In this document: piece by piece, positions 20,537 through 31,816 of the stretch | Layout: each line of letters starts with the position of its first letter | How positions within the stretch are numbered: position 1 is the first letter of the stretch | NCBI GenBank assembly: GCA_963777955.1 | Contig: CAVZSQ010000013.1 | Coordinates: 448,001-512,000 of the forward strand | Direction of reading: 5' to 3' | Length of the DNA stretch: 64,000 nucleotides | Source of the DNA: Calditrichia bacterium | GTDB taxonomy: Bacteria; Calditrichota; Calditrichia; JAJRVZ01 | Position numbers and translations under genes: made by a program | Notes under the pieces: model-generated | Told to the model about the DNA's origin: nothing | Seen by the model: only the letters and a program-made list of their open reading frames with translations | The model's database searches: none

Positions 20537-21275
20537 CCTCGTTATATTTTTCCTTCGAGATCTGTTCCGAAGTTTTTTCAGGTACTAATATTGCCGGCGA
20601 TGTTTCCAGGCAGACCATGGCCACGCCGGGAGTGTATTCCTTCAGTACCGGATCTTTGATTCTTTTCAATTTATCGAGAATTTCCGCGATACGATTGGTG
20701 CCCTTAAATATAAAATCGGAGATTTTTTCCATTTGAGCAACATTGACTGATTCATGCTCAATTTCCAATTTTAATAATCCCACTGCATTGATTATTACCG
20801 TTAAAGCCTGATTTATTTCATGGTAAGCGGTCACAACCGTCGCTTCATACATTTTCTTTTTACCCCGCTCCAGGCAGCGATGGAGATACCAGCGTTGGTT
20901 CAGCACCCGTAACAAACCTTCCAGTAAAGCAACCTGATCGGCTGTCTTATCGTACACCAGGACATCCGCTACCCCATCACGGATAAAATTCTGGTATTCA
21001 GCGAAAGTCAGGCCCTTAAAAGTAAAGATGATCACGGCAGAAGCAGGGCATCTTTTCAGGGTATAGTCGATCATATCATCCAGCAGACTTTTGTTATCGC
21101 TCAGATGCAACACCACACACCGAAAACCCTGGGATTTCTGTAAATAGTCGGAGAGGGTTTCCAGCGAACCGGTTTCAACTTCTGTATTTAACTTGCGGCC
21201 GAGGGTACTTTTAATCGCTTCACCGATTTTCCTGTTTTCAGCCCAAATTAAAAATGGAATATCCTGATAGTTCAT
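20532..21275 (-). CDS. Atypical receiver-like domain plus HisKA-like (DHp) helix pair, no ATPase domain
   Basis: REC-like strand/helix pattern ending GVADVLV; H-box-like TAYHEINQALTVI; protein ends before any HATPase boxes. Confidence 0.6.
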   Translation of the reverse strand: MNYQDIPFLIWAENRKIGEAIKSTLGRKLNTEVETGSLETLSDYLQKSQGFRCVVLHLSDNKSLLDDMIDYTLKRCPASAVIIFTFKGLTFAEYQNFIRDGVADVLVYDKTADQVALLEGLLRVLNQRWYLHRCLERGKKKMYEATVVTAYHEINQALTVIINAVGLLKLEIEHESVNVAQMEKISDFIFKGTNRIAEILDKLKRIKDPVLKEYTPGVAMVCLETSPAILVPEKTSEQISKEKYNED

Positions 21276-21381
21276 ATATATATATTCGAGATATTTTCCG
21301 CAATATTGAATTAAAACTGGCAGTTGATAAGATTCGCATCACGAAACGATGCGTAAAATTGATGCAGCAACTGCAGCGGAA

Positions 21382-24037
21382 TTAATAACGATAGCCAAAC
21401 GATAAATAAAAAATTCCTGATTTATTCCGGGTTTGTCCATATCCTGCCAGCAGCGGGCCTATAAACGTGTCAATTCCAAACCAGACCCCATACCCCGGAA
21501 AAAAGTCCTGACTCTTCATGATCAGGTCCGGAGTCTCCCAGATACCGGCCAGATCATAGCGCAGGGCGAAATATGCGTCCGAAATAATTTTAAAGGGCAA
21601 TTGATAGCGGAATTCCAGATTGGAATAGATTAATTGGCGGCCCGTGTACTCATATTCGTACAAGCCCATAAATTCCTCAATTCCGCCTAATCGGAAGTAT
21701 TCCGAGAAAGGAAGAGTTTTATCCGCCACTCCAATTCCGCCGCGAAGATGCAGCGTGTACTTTGACCGGTAAGTATAAAATCCTTCCAGTTTGACATAAG
21801 CCTTGGTATATTTTTCCTGGCCTCCGATGATGCGCTCATTTCCGGCTTCCCAGTACCAGATGTTGTATATCCCCTGGGAAGGAAAGGCTATTTTATTACG
21901 CTTATCTGTCACCGAGCGGATACCGAGAGTGCGTAACTCGCTGTTTTTACTATAGATGAATTCTCCTGAATATCGCCGGTCTTTTACATTTTCGATACGC
22001 AATTCAATGTTCATTTGTCCCAGTTTTCTTAACTGCTGACCGACGATCAATTTACCACCTATACGCTCTTCCCAGTATTCTCCGATTTTTCGCAGGTTGA
22101 CCAGAAATGGATTTAATTTAAAATCATAATATGTATGCAGAGCCGCAGTAAAATAAGTTTTGAAAACGCGGTCGATCCGGAAATTGAGACCGCCATTTTT
22201 ATCTTTTTCTCCTATCCTGCCTGACAGAGACAGGCTGCTGCCCATGCCCTGAAAATTATCATTGCCAAATTCCAGGTAACTCTGTACACCGCGGTCCAGA
22301 CTTATATTTCCGCCGAAATGCAGAGCCGTATATTTCTTTTCCCGTACTTTAATGAGCAACAGATTCCGGGTATAATCCGGATCTACATTGATAGTCACCT
22401 TCTCAAAAAGTTGCGTATCGTAGATGTTCTGCATTCCCTGTTTGACTAACCGTGAATTAAAAAACGATTTCTCTTTCAGGGGAAATTCACGCAAAATCAC
22501 GTAATCCCTGGTTACATCGTTACCTTCGATTCTGATACTATCTATTGCTCCGGTATTTATCTTTATATGCAGAATACCGCGGGCGCTGTCCAATTCCACC
22601 TGTCGAAAACTCATCAATCCATATCCCGCCTGCATGTACAGTTGGTTTAAATTATTTAAATCCTGCAGGATGGTCGTATAATTTAAACCCGTATGTAATG
22701 GATGGGTAATACATTTGCTCAACAGCGAATCCGGGTAAAACCTGTCACCGCTGAACTGAACCTGGTGAATGATTGGATTCTGCTGCGCGTTAATTTTCAT
22801 AACGGTTGTGTCGTTCAAATCCCGTTCAATATTGATTTTTCTATATAATCCCGTCGAGAAAACAGAATCCACCAGGTTTTTCAGGAATTGCAGCGACAAG
22901 GAATCAGAATTTTCAAAGAAGCGGGAAGTTTGTACCGCCGTGGGTTGTATCTCATTCCAGACATAGATCCGGGGAATGATCCGCTTGACATTAATGGTAT
23001 CGGCCAGTCCTTTGTTCAGAATCAGGTTTTCCAGCAGAGGTAAATTCCGCTCCACGGCTTTTTCCCCTTCGGCAATCATCTCGCTATATTTGGAAAAGTC
23101 TGTGCTGCCGATATTCTCCAATTCCGGCTTGATAATAATATCAGCCAGGTCCCGTTGTTCCACATACTGGGATTGCTGCATAATGGTCGTTACCTGATCT
23201 GCAATTTCCCAGGGTGCTTTCAGTTCATCATCCGTACGCAGGGGTGAAGAGATATCCACCAGGATGACCCGCTCCATACCGGCAGCACGGGCCACATCAA
23301 CCGGGAGATTTGAAGATAATCCGCCATCTACCAATAACATATTGTCCCAGCGCATTGGTGAAAAAAGCAGAGGCACCGCCGTGCTGCCATAGATTGCCTC
23401 GGCCAGATCCCCTTTGGTGATCACGATTCTTTTGCCTGAAATCAGATCGGTAGCTATTGCCCGAAACGGTATACGCAAGCTGTCAAAATTCGAAAATTTC
23501 CGGATATTCAGTTGATACAATTGCTCGGTTAAAATGGAAAGTATTTTCTGGCCGGTGGAGATACTGCTGGGTATATACGGATTCCACTGGTCGAAGCGGA
23601 TGGTCACTATATAACGATCCTGCTCAACTTTTTGACCTAAGAACAGATCTTCCCTTTGAGTAACATCACTGAATATATCGTTCCACTGAATGCTTTTCAC
23701 GATTGTTTCTAGTTGCGCTGGACGTGAACCCGGCAGCATAGAAGCCGCCCATCACACTGCCCATACTCGTGCCGACAATCAAATCAATCGGAATGTTATG
23801 CTTTTCTAATCCTTTCAGAACACCCACATGACTGATGCCGCGGGCACCACCGCCGGAAAGGACCAGGCCTACTTTTGGATAGGCTTTTTTGATCTGAAAG
23901 GATTTTTGTACCGACAGGGATTGAAGCGGGGGGAGACTACGACTATAGATCACCTCGGAGGTCAACTGCCCTGTCACAGTACTGACCAGGCTCGACCAGA
24001 TTAAACCTGCAGCAAGCAGACGGATATATCTATTCAT
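21382..24037 (-). CDS. Patatin-like phospholipase with POTRA domains and Omp85/BamA-type barrel (PlpD-like); one apparent +1 indel near 23725
   Basis: Signal peptide, [13 protein letters not shown] nucleophile elbow, LVDGG, POTRA-like [16 protein letters not shown]-terminal YLSFGYRY. Confidence 0.88.
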
Positions 24038-24043
24038 GGCTCT

Positions 24044-27000
24044 TTACTGATTTTGATCATTTGCTGTTGATTGACTCAGGGTTTTAAAATAGTCTTCAAT
24101 TATTTTTTCATAAGCCGGATGATACCCCTCCTGCAAAGCGCGCCGCAAATCCTGCTGTAATTTCTGGCCGCGCTGATCGAAGGGATCGAGTTTTTCTGCA
24201 GGGGATTTTTTCGCATAATTTTTACCCGCTTCAGCCTGACGATTACGGCTGTACTCCCTTTCCCTTACAGATTTTTGTGCATCCAGTAAACGGTTGAATA
24301 TTTGCTGCTGCCGTTCAATCGTCTTACGGTCCAACTTCAGTGCTTCCATATCCTGTACAACTTTTTCCATTTCTTCCGCCAGATTTTCGACCCGGCCCAA
24401 TACATCGGAACGGTTACCCGTTTCATCCGTCAGTTGTTCCAGTGCCTGCCGGATAGCCGACTGTTCGGCAGCCAATCTTCGCAATTCCTGCTGTTGCTGC
24501 ATGGTCAGGCTACCCTGATTCCCGGCCCCCTGGCCGGCCCCCTGGAAAAAATTGAGACTTTCCTCGTTAAGCATTCCCTGCTGTTTGGACATTTGCATCA
24601 GGCTCTGCATGAATTGTTCAAATCCCAGCGCAGAATTCGATTGGGCCATTTGCTGCATCGAATTCTGCATCCCCAGTACAGATTCATTCAGACCCGCCAT
24701 TGCTTGTTCCTGGAATTTACCGGCTGCACCCTGGTTGCGATTTTCCAATTCTGCCAATGTCTTACGAATACCGCCGCTTGCTTTACCGAGGGATTTACTC
24801 ATTTCCGGTGAGATGAAAAATGTCTGGTGTGAAAGATCGATAATCTCCTGCACCAGGCCATTCATATTTTCAGCCATGGTTTGCTGCCGGGAAGCCATAT
24901 CATGAAACTCGGTACTGAAATCAGATAAATTTTTAGTTACATTCATCAAATCTTCCTGAGTAGCGGATAATTGCAGCAGATCTGCCGATATTTTCGACAT
25001 TTTTGACAGCAAACGGGTTTGCTCGCTGGAAACCATATTTTGTCTGGCCTGTTGTAAAGCGGAATAAAGTTGCTGCAAACTTTGTTCGGCCTGCTGCGAT
25101 TGTTGTCCGGCCTTTCCTGAACTACTCTGCCGGATCATATCTTTGAGCGCCCCCAGCCGGGCAGCGATATCCTGCTGATCAATTAATTCTTGTGCGGATT
25201 CCAGGTCATGCTTTACACTGCCGTTGTTTTCCAGCATTTCATTCTTTATTAATTCATCCAGGCCCAGTTCAGTTTGCTGCAGAACTGTTTGCTGAGATTG
25301 AATTTTATTTTCCAGCTCAGCCTGAGATTTCTTATCCGAAAGTTTGTTTTGATCCAATTCTCCGGAAATTTTCTTCTGCTCATCCTGCATTTTTTTAGCC
25401 AGCTGCACCAACTGATCCAGCGCCTGCTCCAGTTGCACTTTTTTAAAAAGTTCCAGAGTCCGTTCCAGCCGCTCCTGGAATTGTTGCTGGTTGAGTTGCA
25501 GTTTTTGCAATGCAGTTTTGATCTGATTCTCATTCATTTTATCCAGTGATTTTTGTAACTCTTCCAGAGTTTGTAATAATTCAGGTGTAGCAATCTCCTG
25601 AAACAATTGCTGCAGTTGACGGTATTTCTCCAGCAATTCAGGGCTTAGTAATTGAACATTTTCCAGTTTTTGCAGCGCTTCGGCCAGATTCTGCTGGATC
25701 TGCTCTAATTTTTGCTGAATTTCTTTCTGTTTTTGCAGAGAGGACTCTATCTCCTGTTTCCGCTCCCAGTCAATGTTCTTGTCCCGTTTCAATTCACGGT
25801 TAATTTCTTCCAACTTTTTTTTCAACTCATCGCTTGCGTCTGCTGCCTGTTCGGTTTCCTCGATATTCGTTGATTGTTTCTCGGCAAAGTCATTGAATAA
25901 AGTTTCCAGGGAAGGAAAATGAATAAAATACTCATTCGAGCGGGCGGTTTTGGGTCCGCGAATCGGATCGTTATCCCTGATTTCCACATAGTATTTGATT
26001 GCATCTTCAAATCCCACGTCCAGCACTGCAAAATTCCACAGATAATTTTGCTGGAAATATGTAACCGCCCGGGCCGGAAAGGCGAGTTGTACTACATGCC
26101 AACTGGAATCCTGCCTGAGATTTGATTTAGCAGTAACCTGATAATTTAATTTAAGGTCGCTAAAACCAAAATCATCCCGGCCTTCGATCAACAGGGTTAT
26201 GGCCCCATCCGCCGGTATTTCCACATCCATTCCCGGTTCAATCAGGTTCACCGTGGGATACAGGTCTTCCAGCATGGTGATAAAATACTGGATAGGATTT
26301 TGGCTGTTCACGCTATCCTGATCAATTAAATCGATGTGATAGGAATTTGTTTTATCCACCGGAAATTGCACATAAATTTTATCTTCACGGATCCGGGCCT
26401 CCAATGCCGAGCTATCGGCAAAAACCACCTTTGCGTCTTTTATTATTTTATTCGATTTTGCGTTGATGGTTACAAGCGATCCCGGATAAACCAGCATATC
26501 TCCGGTATTCTCTTCCAGGAACTGCCGCGGTAAAGCAGTATAAGCCGGCGGCGTAACTGTAATTGACAATTCGGACAGCGAGGGGGGCGTCAGTACCTGA
26601 ACCTGATACAATCCGCTGATGACTTTTTCGCTCCACTCGTTGCGCTGAGTAAAAGTGGACTTGAGGCGATATTCCATGGGCCGGCGTATATTGGGCAGTG
26701 CGGCCTGATAAAAATTACCGGCAGGTTGCAAGGCCAACTGTTGAAAGGATGATTCCTCTTTGCTCCGGTATAAAAGTAAGCAACCCGAATTCGGGGGACC
26801 CTGGTACTGAGTGCGGATATCCAGGGATTGCCCCATAATAATTCTGGTATTACCGGGCCAGGTATTAAAAGTAAATGCCGGAGTATCGGCAAACTCTTTA
26901 TCAGGATAACATATTCGCTGCAGGGCCAGCGGGACATCAAATGCAGTCATTAAAAAAATGCTGCCCAGCAGTACCGGCAACAAGAAAGATACAGGAAAAA

Positions 27001-27457
27001 CATAGTTTAAAAATCTGAGCTGCTTTTTAAAATCGATATCCTTAACCTGTTCGTAAAATCTGTCGACAGCGAATTCTTTTAATTGCAGGGAGAATCCTTT
27101 GTCGCTGCGGTTAATCAGTTGATAGATGTTGGTCAGCCGGTCCTGGATTTCAGGATAAAAACATCCGATTTCAGCAGTGATGGAGGAGAGATCGCCGCTG
27201 TGGTGTATACGCAAGAGGTAAGGATCGGCGGTACATATAAAACGGCAACTGTAACCGACGGTGATGATTAAGTTTAAAATTAACAGACCCCAGCGTGTAG
27301 TCGAAGAGAAGAAGAAAATCTGGTCGGTCACCAGGGTAACCAGCCAGATGCAGGTTAGACATACCAGCAGATTGATCAGGTTGGCCCATAGTATGAAGGC
27401 CAGTTTTTTACCCTGATATTTTTTGATTTTATTAATCAGCAGCGTTGCACTATTCAT
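24044..27457 (-). CDS. DUF4175-like membrane-anchored protein with Ig-like domains and long Gln-rich coiled coil
   Basis: Three N-terminal TMs, PPAYT and DDFGFS motifs, DNDPIRGPK, long Q/E/L heptad region, C-terminal YEKIIEDYFKTL. Confidence 0.7.
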   Translation of the reverse strand: MNSATLLINKIKKYQGKKLAFILWANLINLLVCLTCIWLVTLVTDQIFFFSSTTRWGLLILNLIITVGYSCRFICTADPYLLRIHHSGDLSSITAEIGCFYPEIQDRLTNIYQLINRSDKGFSLQLKEFAVDRFYEQVKDIDFKKQLRFLNYVFPVSFLLPVLLGSIFLMTAFDVPLALQRICYPDKEFADTPAFTFNTWPGNTRIIMGQSLDIRTQYQGPPNSGCLLLYRSKEESSFQQLALQPAGNFYQAALPNIRRPMEYRLKSTFTQRNEWSEKVISGLYQVQVLTPPSLSELSITVTPPAYTALPRQFLEENTGDMLVYPGSLVTINAKSNKIIKDAKVVFADSSALEARIREDKIYVQFPVDKTNSYHIDLIDQDSVNSQNPIQYFITMLEDLYPTVNLIEPGMDVEIPADGAITLLIEGRDDFGFSDLKLNYQVTAKSNLRQDSSWHVVQLAFPARAVTYFQQNYLWNFAVLDVGFEDAIKYYVEIRDNDPIRGPKTARSNEYFIHFPSLETLFNDFAEKQSTNIEETEQAADASDELKKKLEEINRELKRDKNIDWERKQEIESSLQKQKEIQQKLEQIQQNLAEALQKLENVQLLSPELLEKYRQLQQLFQEIATPELLQTLEELQKSLDKMNENQIKTALQKLQLNQQQFQERLERTLELFKKVQLEQALDQLVQLAKKMQDEQKKISGELDQNKLSDKKSQAELENKIQSQQTVLQQTELGLDELIKNEMLENNGSVKHDLESAQELIDQQDIAARLGALKDMIRQSSSGKAGQQSQQAEQSLQQLYSALQQARQNMVSSEQTRLLSKMSKISADLLQLSATQEDLMNVTKNLSDFSTEFHDMASRQQTMAENMNGLVQEIIDLSHQTFFISPEMSKSLGKASGGIRKTLAELENRNQGAAGKFQEQAMAGLNESVLGMQNSMQQMAQSNSALGFEQFMQSLMQMSKQQGMLNEESLNFFQGAGQGAGNQGSLTMQQQQELRRLAAEQSAIRQALEQLTDETGNRSDVLGRVENLAEEMEKVVQDMEALKLDRKTIERQQQIFNRLLDAQKSVREREYSRNRQAEAGKNYAKKSPAEKLDPFDQRGQKLQQDLRRALQEGYHPAYEKIIEDYFKTLSQSTANDQNQ

Positions 27458-28126
27458 TAGTTTAGTAAAGCATAGAGTAGAATATTTACACCCATTTTTA
27501 AGGCTAAATCACGTTTTTCAGGGGGATCGTTATGGATTTCCGCGTCCTCACAGCCATCTGAAATATCTGTATTGAAAGAATAGAAAACAACCAGGCGTCC
27601 CTCATAGATCAGACCCAAACCCTGCGGCGGTCCGCCCCCGTGTTCGTGAATCTTGGGCAATCCATCACTAAACTTATAATATATATTATATATGGGATGA
27701 TTAAAAGGAAGTTCCACAAATTTTAGTTCCGGGAAAACCTTGCCCAGTCTCCCTGCGGAAGGAAGGATCCATACCGTAATCATCATCGGCGAATAAGAAT
27801 CCCCCACTGGTTAAATAGGTGCGTAATCGTTGGACATCCTGGTCGCTGAATTTGATATTCCCATGTCCGGCGATATAAGCGATCGGGTAATTAAAAAATG
27901 ATTCGTCCCTGATCTCTGCAGTCGCTTCCTTAATAGCGGTCTTTAGGCCTGTTTCTTTCCTGATCTTTGCGAACAGATTCATAAATGTTGTTTTATTACC
28001 GTACCAGTCGCCGCCGCCGTCGTACTTGATGCGCACCACCGACAGTTCGTTCAACTCGGGGAGTATCTGGGCTGGCAGGAGTGCGCTAAGAAATAACATT
28101 ATAAATATGCAATAACGCTGATACAT
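27457..28126 (-). CDS. DUF4159 domain secreted protein; one apparent +1 indel near 27748
   Basis: KYDGGGDWY, GHGNIKFS, LTSGGFLFADDDYG, GLPKIHEHGG and ALKMGVNILLYAL across ORFs 27701-28126 and 27457-27807. Confidence 0.82.
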
Positions 28127-28215
28127 TTCTGGTTATAATTTGTAATTAGTAATTAGTAATTGATTAAATTATTTTCATGCAACTAAGTGTCAAAGGTTCG
28201 GAAAATTTAACACCA

Positions 28216-29766
28216 TCAAATAATCCAGCGGCGATCCCGTTGCCTGCAATCAGGCAGCACTTCCAGGGCAATATTTACATCATCCACAATCTGAAAATCA
28301 TACATGCCCACACAGATGAAATCTGCGCCGTTTTTAAAAGCAAACTGGAAGCCCTCTTTGGGGTGTATCGCCCCGGCTGCCAGAATTTTAAAAGCGATCC
28401 AGGGCTGCGGCAGAGTTTGCATATACTTTATTGTTTCGTCCGGAGCCGGACACCAGTTATTATCTTTTTCCTGTCCGCTCCGGGCAGACCAGTAATTGAC
28501 CGGATGAAGTGTTTTCATCCAGTAATCCGGTTTCAGGCCATACTCGACACATGCTTGCACGGTTTTCAAGGCATGTGCTCCAATACCTGCGGGCAAACCA
28601 TTTTGTTTGATCAGTTCAAGTGCCTGGGCAATCTGTTCTATTTTACCCTCCTGCACCAGGTTATCAGCGATACCCCCCTGGACATAACAGGAGTGGGCAC
28701 CATTATCGACAGAGATCTTGATACCGGCCGTCAGGTCCCCCTGGTAGGCGCAATCGGAAATAAACTTGATAGTACCGATATTTCTTTTCCAGTATTCACT
28801 GATGACCTGGCTCAGCACCGGATTGGTTAAAAAGCAATTGATGCCGCATTTTTCAGCCAGGAAAAAGGTTTCGAAAATCTTATCTTTGGTATGATAAGAT
28901 TTGACCAGTTTATCGACATAGATTAAATCCCGGGCATGAGCCCAGCCGCCGATAAGGTTCCCGCCCAAAATCACCCTGCTCAACTTTAATTCGCCTATAT
29001 GGCCAAAAGGCAAAGTACCCTTTAAATCCTGCAATTTGGTGTAATTGAACGATTTTGTGGTGGCGCCGGTAACCGCATCGATACTCTCTGTTAAATTTTT
29101 TCTTTCATAACTTTCCCAGCCGATTTTTTTCATGACAGCAAAAACAAAAGCGCCAAAAACAGGGAGGGTGATAAGACTCTTAATAATTTCCCGCCGGTTA
29201 AAATCTGTAGTTTGATTAGTCGATGTTTCTGCTGATGTTTTAGCCGGCTTTGTAACCGAAAATACTTTTTGTATTTTATTTTTCAGCATTATAAAAATTT
29301 GTCGTAGACCTGCCATACTGCTGGTGGGAAACATGGTCAGAACAGCCAGGGCGATAAGTTCAATCAAAACTTTATCCACAAGCAGATAATTTCCCTCGCT
29401 GGACAGGTCAAGGCCCAGGCCAATCAATGCCGGATGGGCCAGGTAATACAGTAATAAAAGTACTATACCTGATATACCGGCCGCCCGGGTAAAGATTCCG
29501 AAGAAAAGTCCCAGTCCGATCAGGATCAGTCCCCAGATATTGAGAAAATCCACAATCTTTAATACCGCAGGATTGGAAATAATCCAGTTGAAAACACCCT
29601 GTAATATCCACCGGGATGAATCAAGATAGGATTCAGCCGACCAGCTGGGTGTAAAAAGTTTCGCCAGGCCTTCATACAGAAAATGCCAGCCAATGGCCAG
29701 TCGGAGTAAAATCAGGCCGGTCAATTGAGCGTTGGAATAATTATTTCCATTTTTATTAAATTCCAT
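28216..29766 (-). CDS. DoxX-family membrane domain fused to an aldo/keto-reductase-like TIM-barrel domain, with an internal twin-arginine motif
   Basis: LRLAIGWHFLYEGLAK (DoxX/DoxD), four TMs, FNRREIIK plus hydrophobic stretch, then LSRVILGGN...PWIAFKILAAGAI...ADFICVGM. Confidence 0.75.
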   Translation of the reverse strand: MEFNKNGNNYSNAQLTGLILLRLAIGWHFLYEGLAKLFTPSWSAESYLDSSRWILQGVFNWIISNPAVLKIVDFLNIWGLILIGLGLFFGIFTRAAGISGIVLLLLYYLAHPALIGLGLDLSSEGNYLLVDKVLIELIALAVLTMFPTSSMAGLRQIFIMLKNKIQKVFSVTKPAKTSAETSTNQTTDFNRREIIKSLITLPVFGAFVFAVMKKIGWESYERKNLTESIDAVTGATTKSFNYTKLQDLKGTLPFGHIGELKLSRVILGGNLIGGWAHARDLIYVDKLVKSYHTKDKIFETFFLAEKCGINCFLTNPVLSQVISEYWKRNIGTIKFISDCAYQGDLTAGIKISVDNGAHSCYVQGGIADNLVQEGKIEQIAQALELIKQNGLPAGIGAHALKTVQACVEYGLKPDYWMKTLHPVNYWSARSGQEKDNNWCPAPDETIKYMQTLPQPWIAFKILAAGAIHPKEGFQFAFKNGADFICVGMYDFQIVDDVNIALEVLPDCRQRDRRWII

Positions 29767-29801
29767 ATCTATCTCCTGGAATGATAGATCATTTTGTTTA
29801 A

Positions 29802-30602
29802 TTAATAGTAATATACATTTGGCTTAATCAAAACCAACAATGAAAATGTTTGATATATTTGATTTATCACTTCCTTTCCATCTAGATCAGGAATACCCAT
29901 TGCTTTACCAATGTCATGAAAGGCAGGTGGGTCATTTTCAAGCATCTTTAAAAATTTACTTATATCAACGGCAATAGATTCTGGTAATTCAAAAAAATCA
30001 TTTTTTGTAAGAAGTACTGCTAATCGAACAACATCATTCTTATGTTTCTTAATATCTTGATCATCTATTTTTTCACCCTGTGCTTTTCTTGCATTCAAGT
30101 CAAGATATGCTTTGGCTTTTAAACAAATCAATGTTTCTGTGGTTGCCCGGTGCAGATTACCTTCAATTTCACTGTTTTTAATGGTAAATTCATAATAATC
30201 ATCATTCATTAAAATGGCGGATAGACTTGACAAATCTTCATTTACTGGTATGGGGGTAAAATGTGTGCCTGCAGGCAAATCCAATAAATCTGGATTGCGG
30301 GCAAATATTTCCAACTGAACAGGGAATTCTTTATTTTTCGGTTTAAGAAAACGATAGTGTTTTCGTGCACCTTCGCTCTTTTGGTTTTCTTCATAACCAC
30401 CAGCTTTCACAAAGTTCCAAAAGTGCTTTACAAATTTTGCATTAAGTGCTTCCACAATAAGAACAATATCCAAGTCTTTGGTAACCCTGAATGTCAATCC
30501 CGCTTCACTCAAATGTTCAGCGCAAGCTGCTCCGCCAATTAATACATAATTATCAACAAATTCCTTGAAATAATTTCGGAATACTTCTACACCCTTTACC
30601 AT
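29802..30602 (-). CDS. Nucleotidyltransferase-fold protein, AbiEii/type IV toxin-like
   Basis: LIGGAAC...RVTKDLDIVL (GG...DxD), LICLKAKAY, KKHKNDV; ATG overlaps the upstream gene's stop (ATGGTAA). Confidence 0.7.
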   Translation of the reverse strand: MVKGVEVFRNYFKEFVDNYVLIGGAACAEHLSEAGLTFRVTKDLDIVLIVEALNAKFVKHFWNFVKAGGYEENQKSEGARKHYRFLKPKNKEFPVQLEIFARNPDLLDLPAGTHFTPIPVNEDLSSLSAILMNDDYYEFTIKNSEIEGNLHRATTETLICLKAKAYLDLNARKAQGEKIDDQDIKKHKNDVVRLAVLLTKNDFFELPESIAVDISKFLKMLENDPPAFHDIGKAMGIPDLDGKEVINQIYQTFSLLVLIKPNVYYY

Positions 30603-31593
30603 AGCTGCGTCAACATTTTAACGAGTTCCATTTCAACTCTTTCATCTTTTATATCTTTAAAGGTTAGATATAATGACAGGGGATCGACTATTCGGTTTGC
30701 ACTAAGAATACCTGGTGCATAATTCCATATCTCGTAGACAAACGCGTCCTTCAGGTTTATTTGTAATTCTGATCTGCTTTTGTTTTTTTAAGTACAGGTA
30801 ATTGGCTTTCGAAATAGCATAATATTCGATTGATTCCCCAGCTGATATTTGTATAGAATGATAAGGCAGAATAACCGGCTCGATATATTAAATTATTGTC
30901 AATATTTTCTTCGATGTATATTTTCCTTTTGACCGGGTTTTGTAAATAAGGTAAAGCCTTTTCCCACAGAATTTTGCGATCCCCAGCGAAAGTCAATCTT
31001 TTATCCTTTGCACCATCCATCAGGCATAGATTTATTTCCTTGAGTTGATTAGCTGCCCGGGTGATGGTCATCGGAGTATAGTTTAATTTAGCGGCAATTT
31101 GCTTAAAATTCAGCTGTTCTAATTTTTCTTTTAAAATATGATATAATAGCAGACACTGGGCCGCTGGTGGAATTATTTCTCTTCGATTTTGATTATCATC
31201 ATACCGGAATTCTTTAAGATTAACCATTAATTGCGGAATAAACAATTGCTTGCCGGGGATAACAAATGCAATCTGCTTTTCTATAAGACGTTTGTCGACA
31301 TATACGCTTAAACGTTTTGATCGTAAGCCAAAACAGCACGGTTTTATTTCTTCGAGTGTCATATTTCGGCAACTTCAATATGCTTGCGATATTGTCCAAC
31401 GGTCCGATATTCATTATCTCTTTGTTCAAGAAAAAGAATATCCCGCTTAAATAAACGGGTAGTTTTAAAATTATAAATGCTTCAGTAGATATAGCGGTAC
31501 ATTTTTCAGGTCAGGTTCAGCCAGGCGCTTAAGAATTATATTAACACCCAAAATATCATTGAAATATTTTTCCAGTAATTTCATAGTATTCAT
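30596..31593 (-). CDS. Winged-HTH/MarR-like AbiEi-type antitoxin candidate, interrupted by several indels
   Basis: Fragments across frames: MNTMKLLEKYFNDILG, RLIEKQIAFVIPGKQLFIP, HTH FKQIAAKLNYTPMTITRA, AGYSALSFYT, VDPLSLYLTFKDIKDERVEMEL. Confidence 0.62.
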
Positions 31594-31816
31594 CTTAATA
31601 ACTTTATATATGCACAATAACATTACTAATGATATTATGCAAATATAATGTTACTATTAACTAAAATAAAGCACTTTCTGGCGTTTCGTGCCCTCACTTG
31701 ATATTTAAAAACATTGTTTTAAGTTATACTCTTCACGATTATCAGGGTATAACTTCAATAATAACAAGTATATTGTTAATTTTTAACCAAAATTCTATTA
31801 AAGGTTTGTTAAAACA

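Noticed and set aside
28177..28830. 217-aa plus-strand ORF
   Set aside because: Antisense to the well-supported DoxX fusion; no recognisable motifs
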